Below, one piece after another: positions 35,801 through 39,836 of a stretch of DNA of 39,836 nt. A program made the position numbers and the translations under genes. The notes under the pieces were generated by a model. It was given only the letters and a program-made list of their open reading frames with translations, was not told where the DNA came from and made no database searches. Numbering within the stretch: the first letter of the stretch is position 1; each line of letters opens with the position of its first letter. The stretch comes from Kayfunavirus AN24P4, in sequence record OZ035739.1, one strand, 5' to 3'.

Positions 35801-36737
35801 GTCTGACATCGTGGAGCATAGCCTGACTGGTAGTAAGCGTAAGTTCGATGACCGCTGGCTGAAGACCGCTGGTATATCTGACGAGCAGTGGAGTGGAATT
35901 AAGTCCCTAATCCGTGAGTCAGTGACTCGTGGGCCAGACGGGAAGTACACCATCAAGGATAAGAAGGCGTTCAGTCAGGACCCAAGGGCTATGGACCTGT
36001 GGCGTATGGGTGACACCATCGCTGACGAGACGTTACTCCGGCCTCATAAGCTGTCAAACATGGACGCCAAGGCTTATGGTCCTCTCGCTAAGACTGTCCT
36101 TCAGTTTAAGAACTTCGTCATCAAGTCTATCAATGGGAGAACCATGCGAACCTTCTATAACGCCACGAAGAACAACAGAGCGATTGACGCTGCACTGTCG
36201 ACCGTGATGTCTATGGGTCTGGCTGGTATCTACTACATGGCTCAGGCGCATGTCAAGGCTTATGCTATGCAGGATGGTCGAGACCGTGACTACCTTAAGC
36301 AAGCTCTGGACCCAACGATGATTGGCTATGCGGCCCTGTCCCGTAGTTCACATCTTGGTGGCCCACTTGGGGTAGCTAACATTCTGGGAGGTATCGCTGG
36401 ATATGAGGACACTAAGATGCTCCGTTCGTCTATCCTACCTCGTTCTCCTACAGAGAAGCCTGAGCGTGCCATCGCGTATGGTGCAGCTACAAGTGACCCT
36501 GTGATGAATGTTGTTGGTAACTTCTTGGAGCAGGTTCCAGCTTTCGGATATGCTGCTAACGTTGGCGCTTCGGCTTACAACTTGGCTGGCTACCTCAAGG
36601 CTGATACTCGTGTCAACGAGCGTGACTACATGACCGGGATGTATAATACGTTCCGTGAACTGGTTCCGAACGACCCCATTACCCAGAAGCTGCTGCTTGG
36701 AACGTTTGAGGAGCAAGGCATCCACATCAAGGACTAA
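32850..36737 (+). CDS. internal virion (core) protein D (T7 gp16-like) with divergent N-terminal domain
   Basis: 1295 aa; from about residue 200 collinear with T7 gp16 (TWFGF..A.EAE..NS.VG.A.RAG, GAGVDPL.YVP, RLEARETARN, LVRSPTGMQSGASGK, FPGSRFKGTYVPHVY, NYLLDA.RQG, YGAA...P..N..G); first ~130 aa lack the T7 transglycosylase signature. Confidence 0.93.
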   Translation: MATRGIRNNNPGNIRVSKDQWEGMTGDDGAFVTFDSPESGVRALGKNLLSYGRQGYDSIEKIINRWAPPNENDTKAYIDSVVAATGIPATQSLDLSDPDTLSSLAQAISFHETGSRYDPEVYQKGVARALNGISPKTPPVSANVFDALTEGLKAKPKVALGENLPTAAGLNIEGQAPEAPNESFGEMFYKATGETMQEQEDRSTWFGFGAATEAEVKNSMVGVAIRAGQTEDSLDVIGDVFNPTRWNNHKWSREELDQIRNAGVLPQYYGVITGGSPQNLTELINLALENQKLDQEKAKAGTGAQLAAGVIGAGVDPLTYVPIAGQVGKGGKLVNKMFTVAAQSGALAGASEIARTSVAGGDAHVAEAILGGALFGGGMTAIADGLGRALGRNTNEFAGPATRLEARETARNVDGQDLSRLPIQEGEQTFSHQGVKFADVPNEPGSVRLEDGSILIGENPLNPKTRQVFDEVIEPERAAAGVNLGGLTEIGLKLLRSENPEIRGVAADLVRSPTGMQSGASGKIGTTASDVFERLRSVDHRFYNDIDDAVTEALKDPYFQTAFWRDSGAFRQDIYQRVSMAIEDGSGNLKAELTPGELKVYDLLKNQFDAKREMMENPSMFGRQDAQSIFPGSRFKGTYVPHVYSKQMKELYTKELGSPEALQEVIKKSWLTSYASRPEVKKRVDEALLEADPTLTPEGLAAAVDKYANDKAYGISHTEQFERSSVMEENINGLVGLENNSFLEARNLFDSDMSIVLPNGQTFSVNNLREWDMDKIVPAYNRRVNGDIAIMAGTGKTTKEMKDLVETMMNKAGDDGKLKGEVSTLRDTLKILTGRARRDGADDAAFATVMRTMTDLSFFAKNAYMGVQNLTEIGGMLARGNVRALLHGVPMFRDLAFRNKKVGASEIKDLHNVIFGKELDDSIRPSKQDVIDRLRSYSDLSRGTATALGTAKYYTGELAVRSPFTKVLNGTTNYLLDAGRQGFLSDIVEHSLTGSKRKFDDRWLKTAGISDEQWSGIKSLIRESVTRGPDGKYTIKDKKAFSQDPRAMDLWRMGDTIADETLLRPHKLSNMDAKAYGPLAKTVLQFKNFVIKSINGRTMRTFYNATKNNRAIDAALSTVMSMGLAGIYYMAQAHVKAYAMQDGRDRDYLKQALDPTMIGYAALSRSSHLGGPLGVANILGGIAGYEDTKMLRSSILPRSPTEKPERAIAYGAATSDPVMNVVGNFLEQVPAFGYAANVGASAYNLAGYLKADTRVNERDYMTGMYNTFRELVPNDPITQKLLLGTFEEQGIHIKD

Positions 36738-36755
36738 ACTATCACTATAGGAAAC
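36733..36755 (+). promoter_or_regulatory. phage RNAP promoter (phi17-like)
   Basis: ggactaaactatcactataGGAaac; +1 about 36750. Confidence 0.75.
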
Positions 36756-36801
36756 TGGAGGCGCTACCATAGGTCTCCATTTAAATCACAAAGGAGGCAT
36801 A

Positions 36802-39333
36802 ATGTCCACGATTACACAATTCCCTTCAGGAAACACTCAGTACAGGATTGAGTTCGACTACCTAGCCAGAACGTTTGTTGTTGTTACGCTGGTGAATAGC
36901 TCTAACCCTACCCTGAACCGTGTACTGGAAGTTGGTCGAGATTACCGATTCCTTAATCCAACGATGATTGAGATGTTGGTTGACCAATCAGGTTTCGACA
37001 TAGTTCGTATTCACCGTCAGACTGGAACTGACTTAGTGGTAGATTTCAGGAATGGCTCAGTGTTGACAGCTAGTGACCTGACCAATTCAGAGCTTCAGGC
37101 TATCCATATTGCAGAAGAAGGTCGAGACCAAACGGTTGACTTAGCGAAGGAATATGCCGATGCTGCTGGTAGCTCTGCTGGCAACGCTAAGGATAGCGAG
37201 GACGAAGCACGCCGAATCGCTGCGAGTATCAGGGAAGCTGGTCTAATTGGCTATATTACCCGTCGCTCCTTCGAGAAAGGCTACAACGTTACAACATGGA
37301 GCGAGGTCCTGCTATGGGAAGAGGATGGTGATTATTACCGCTGGGATGGTATGCTTCCAAAGAACGTTCCTGCTGGTTCAACTCCTGAAACTTCCGGTGG
37401 GATTGGATTAGGTGCGTGGGTTAGTGTTGGTGATGCTGCTTTAAGAAGTCAGATTTCAAACCCTGAAGGGGCAATACTCTACCCGGAATTGCAGATGGCA
37501 AGATGGCGTGATGAGGGTGATGTTCGAGGCTGGGGTGCTAAAGGGGATGGTGTAACAGATAGTACGGAGAATATAGCTGCTTCACTAAATTCTCAAAAAG
37601 CTGTCGTAGCATCAGAAGGTGTATTCTCTAGTTCTGGTATTAATAGTAATTACTGTAACTTAGACGGTAGAGGTAGTGGGGTGCTAAGTCACCGTTCCAG
37701 TACAGGTAACTACTTAGTATTTAACAATCCACGTACAGGTCGCTTAAGTAATATTACGGTAGAAAGTAATAAGGCGACTGATACAACTAAGGGACAGCAG
37801 GTATCTCTTGCGGGTGGAAGTGATGTTACTGTAAGTGACGTTAACTTCTCAAACGTTAAAGGTACTGGTTTCAGTTTAATCGCATACCCTAATGATGCGA
37901 CACCTGATGGACTTATGATTAAAGGCATTCGAGGTAGCTATTCCGGCTATGCTACTAATAAGGCAGCCGGATGCGTACTTGCTGACTCCTCAGTTAACTC
38001 CCTCATAGATAACGTCATTGCTAAGAACTACCCCCAGTTCGGAGCAGTAGAGTTGAAAGGTACAGCCCGTTACAACATAGTCAGTAATGTTATAGGGGCA
38101 GATTGCCAGCATGTAACTTACAACGGCACTGAAGGGCCAATAGCTCCTTCTAATAACCTTATAAAGGGGGTGATGGCTAATAACCCTAAGTATGCAGCGG
38201 TTGTTGCAGGCAAAGGAAATACGAACTTAATCTCAGACGTGCTCGTAGATTACTCAACTTCTGATGCTAGGCAGGCTCATGGTGTTACCGTAGAAGGGTC
38301 TGATAACGTCATAAATAATGTGCTTATGTCAGGATGTGATGGTACTAACTCTTTAGGACAAGGGCAGACTGCTACAATTGCACGCTTTATAGGTACAGCT
38401 AATAACAACTATGCGTCTGTATTTCCTAGCTACAGTGCTACAGGTGTTATTACTTTCGAATCCGGCTCTACCCGTAACTTCGTAGAGGTAAAGCACCCTG
38501 GCAGGAGAAACGACCTTCTCAGTTCTGCTAGTACTATTGACGGTGCAGCTACTATTGACGGCACTAGTAATAGTAACGTAGTGCACGCACCTGCCTTAGG
38601 GCAGTACATAGGTAGTATGTCAGGTAGGTTCGAATGGCGGATTAAGTCCATGTCACTCCCTTCAGGCGTTCTTACTTCTGCTGATAAGTACAGAATGCTG
38701 GGGGATGGTGCTGTGTCATTAGCTGTAGGTGGTGGTGCATCTTCTCAAGTTCGACTATTTACTTCTGATGGTATTTATCGGACAGTATCCCTCACCAACG
38801 GCAACGTGCGTCTTCCTACCAGTAGCACAGGTTATTTGCAGTTAGGTTCTGATGCAATGACCCCAGATAGTACTAATACATACGCATTAGGTTCCGCAAG
38901 TAGAGCATGGTCTGGCGGTTTTACTCAATCAGCATTCACTGTTGTCTCAGATGCTAGGGATAAAACAGAGCCTCTTAATATCTCAGATGCTTTACTGGAT
39001 GCTTGGTCTGAAGTTGACTTTGTGCAGTTTCAGTACTTGGACCGAATTGAGGAGAAGGGTGCAGACTCAGCTAGATGGCACTTCGGCATCATCGCTCAGC
39101 GAGCTAAGGAGGCCTTCGAACGTCACGGTATAGATGCACATCGCTATGGCTTCCTGTGCTTCGACAGTTGGGATGATGTATACGAGGAAGATGCCAATGG
39201 CTCTCGTAAACTGATTACACCAGCAGGTTCCCGCTACGGTATTCGTTACGAGGAAGTACTGATATTAGAGGCTGCGTTGATGCGGCGTACTATTAAGCGT
39301 ATGCAGGAAGCATTAGCTGTTATGTCTAAGTGA
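36802..39333 (+). CDS. tail fiber / tailspike (gp17 position): T7-type N-terminal adaptor, beta-helix depolymerase-like central domain, C-terminal autoproteolytic chaperone domain
   Basis: 843 aa; first ~150 aa resemble T7 gp17 N-terminus (FDYLAR.FVVVTL, DYRF, D.VVDF.NGSVL.ASDL...Q..H.AEE.RD); central region has repetitive NxxIxxN/V beta-helix-like pattern and AT-rich codon usage; C-terminus has SDARDK motif plus conserved region typical of endosialidase-type intramolecular chaperone domains. Confidence 0.93.
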   Translation: MSTITQFPSGNTQYRIEFDYLARTFVVVTLVNSSNPTLNRVLEVGRDYRFLNPTMIEMLVDQSGFDIVRIHRQTGTDLVVDFRNGSVLTASDLTNSELQAIHIAEEGRDQTVDLAKEYADAAGSSAGNAKDSEDEARRIAASIREAGLIGYITRRSFEKGYNVTTWSEVLLWEEDGDYYRWDGMLPKNVPAGSTPETSGGIGLGAWVSVGDAALRSQISNPEGAILYPELQMARWRDEGDVRGWGAKGDGVTDSTENIAASLNSQKAVVASEGVFSSSGINSNYCNLDGRGSGVLSHRSSTGNYLVFNNPRTGRLSNITVESNKATDTTKGQQVSLAGGSDVTVSDVNFSNVKGTGFSLIAYPNDATPDGLMIKGIRGSYSGYATNKAAGCVLADSSVNSLIDNVIAKNYPQFGAVELKGTARYNIVSNVIGADCQHVTYNGTEGPIAPSNNLIKGVMANNPKYAAVVAGKGNTNLISDVLVDYSTSDARQAHGVTVEGSDNVINNVLMSGCDGTNSLGQGQTATIARFIGTANNNYASVFPSYSATGVITFESGSTRNFVEVKHPGRRNDLLSSASTIDGAATIDGTSNSNVVHAPALGQYIGSMSGRFEWRIKSMSLPSGVLTSADKYRMLGDGAVSLAVGGGASSQVRLFTSDGIYRTVSLTNGNVRLPTSSTGYLQLGSDAMTPDSTNTYALGSASRAWSGGFTQSAFTVVSDARDKTEPLNISDALLDAWSEVDFVQFQYLDRIEEKGADSARWHFGIIAQRAKEAFERHGIDAHRYGFLCFDSWDDVYEEDANGSRKLITPAGSRYGIRYEEVLILEAALMRRTIKRMQEALAVMSK
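38947..39333 (+). other. C-terminal intramolecular chaperone / self-cleaving domain of the tailspike (peptidase S74-like)
   Basis: Begins at Ser of VVS-DARDK (predicted cleavage between S and D); about 128 aa; cleavage motif matches the S-D-x-x-x-K site of endosialidase-type tailspikes as I recall it. Confidence 0.6.
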
Positions 39334-39557
39334 GTAATACTGGTACGGTATTTTCGCACAATGAAATCGTTGAACACACTGACGAGGAGGGTAATGTCAC
39401 TACTACGGAAGGACCTGTATACACCGAGGTGGTTATTCACGAAGAGGGTGAGGAGTGGGGTGTTCGGCCTGACGGAATTTTCTTTGCTGAAGCCGCTTAT
39501 CAGAGAAGAAAACTGGAAAGAATCGAAGCCAGACTTTCTGCTCTTGAACAGAAGTAA
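39330..39557 (+). CDS. hypothetical acidic small protein (75 aa) between tailspike and holin genes
   Basis: GTG start overlapping tailspike stop (GTGA); acidic N-terminal half (EHTDEEGNVTTTEGPVYTEVVIHEEGEEWG) and C-terminal coiled-coil-like RRKLERIEARLSALEQK; no T7 counterpart at this position. Confidence 0.5.
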   Translation: MSNTGTVFSHNEIVEHTDEEGNVTTTEGPVYTEVVIHEEGEEWGVRPDGIFFAEAAYQRRKLERIEARLSALEQK

Positions 39558-39587
39558 TAAACAAAACCATTTTGCCATTAAGTTGGT

Positions 39588-39598
39588 GGGGGGGGGGG
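39588..39598 (+). repeat. homopolymeric G11 tract in the intergenic region upstream of the holin gene
   Basis: ttggtgggggggggggtagag: 11 consecutive G read directly from the sequence; only long homopolymer in the window. Confidence 0.9.
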
Positions 39599-39674
39599 TA
39601 GAGACTAACTACACGCTAACCAACGTATGTAACAACTTTGGGTCACGGACGACCCGCTTTAAACTGGAGGTTTT

Positions 39675-39836
39675 ATGATTGAGTTAGACTTCAAGAATGA
39701 GGTCCTTAAAGCCTCTCCTATCGTCGGGACCGCTGCGGCTGATGGTGCCAGTCGGTTCTTCTTCGGACTTACACTGAACGAATGGTTCTACGTTGCAGCT
39801 ATCGCGTACACCGTTGTCCAGATTGGTGTTCTAGTC
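39675..39836 (+). CDS. holin (T7 gp17.5-like), 3'-truncated by window end
   Basis: ATG 39675 after ggagg; MIELDFKNEVLKASPIVGTAAADGASRFFFGLTLNEWFYVAAIAYTVVQIG closely matches T7 gp17.5 (M.SLDFNNELIKAAPIVGTG.AD.SARLFFGLSLNEWFYVAAIAYTVVQIG). Confidence 0.8.
   Translation, partial: MIELDFKNEVLKASPIVGTAAADGASRFFFGLTLNEWFYVAAIAYTVVQIGVLV

Noticed and set aside
39361-39678. 105-aa ORF spanning the poly-G tract and ending at the holin start
   Set aside because: Arg/Lys-rich low-complexity translation overlapping the better-supported 75-aa ORF. The frame is simply open after the tailspike stop and its length depends on the G-tract. Kept only as a note under the poly-G finding.

Overview
This window is a near-complete, circularly permuted genome of a T7-like podophage (Autographiviridae, T7 supergroup), with every credible gene on the + strand. 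It runs from gene 18 (small terminase) through 18.5/18.7 spanins and gene 19 (large terminase), across the genome-end/terminal-repeat junction (about 3.5-4.0 kb), into the early region (ocr plus small unknown genes; no gp0.7 kinase homolog seen), then the single-subunit RNA polymerase, the replication module (1.1, 1.2, ligase, 1.7, 2, 2.5 SSB, endonuclease I, lysozyme, primase-helicase, DNA polymerase, 5.5, 5.7, exonuclease), the structural module (6.7, 7.3, portal, scaffold, capsid, tail tubular A/B, internal virion proteins 13-16, tailspike) and the 5' end of holin 17.5. Eleven copies of a 23-bp phage promoter (consensus about TAAACTATCACTATAGGGA) are present, plus a Tphi-like terminator after the capsid gene and three copies of a conserved RNase III-type hairpin. 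Departures from the canonical T7 layout are: a DNA polymerase gene split by a ~598-nt intervening sequence carrying an HNH endonuclease ORF (group I intron-like); a second free-standing HNH endonuclease between genes 18 and 18.5; an apparent -1 frameshift site (G GTT TTC) giving a long capsid 10B extension; unassigned genes before ocr, between genes 3 and 3.5 and between genes 11 and 12; a tailspike with a beta-helix depolymerase-like centre and a C-terminal autoproteolytic chaperone domain; a divergent gp16 N-terminus; and an 11-G homopolymer before the holin gene. No tRNA, rRNA or CRISPR array was recognised. Gene-family calls rest on my reading of the translated ORFs against remembered T7 proteins and on gene order, not on a database search; coordinates of non-ORF features are hand-counted and may be off by 1-2 nt.
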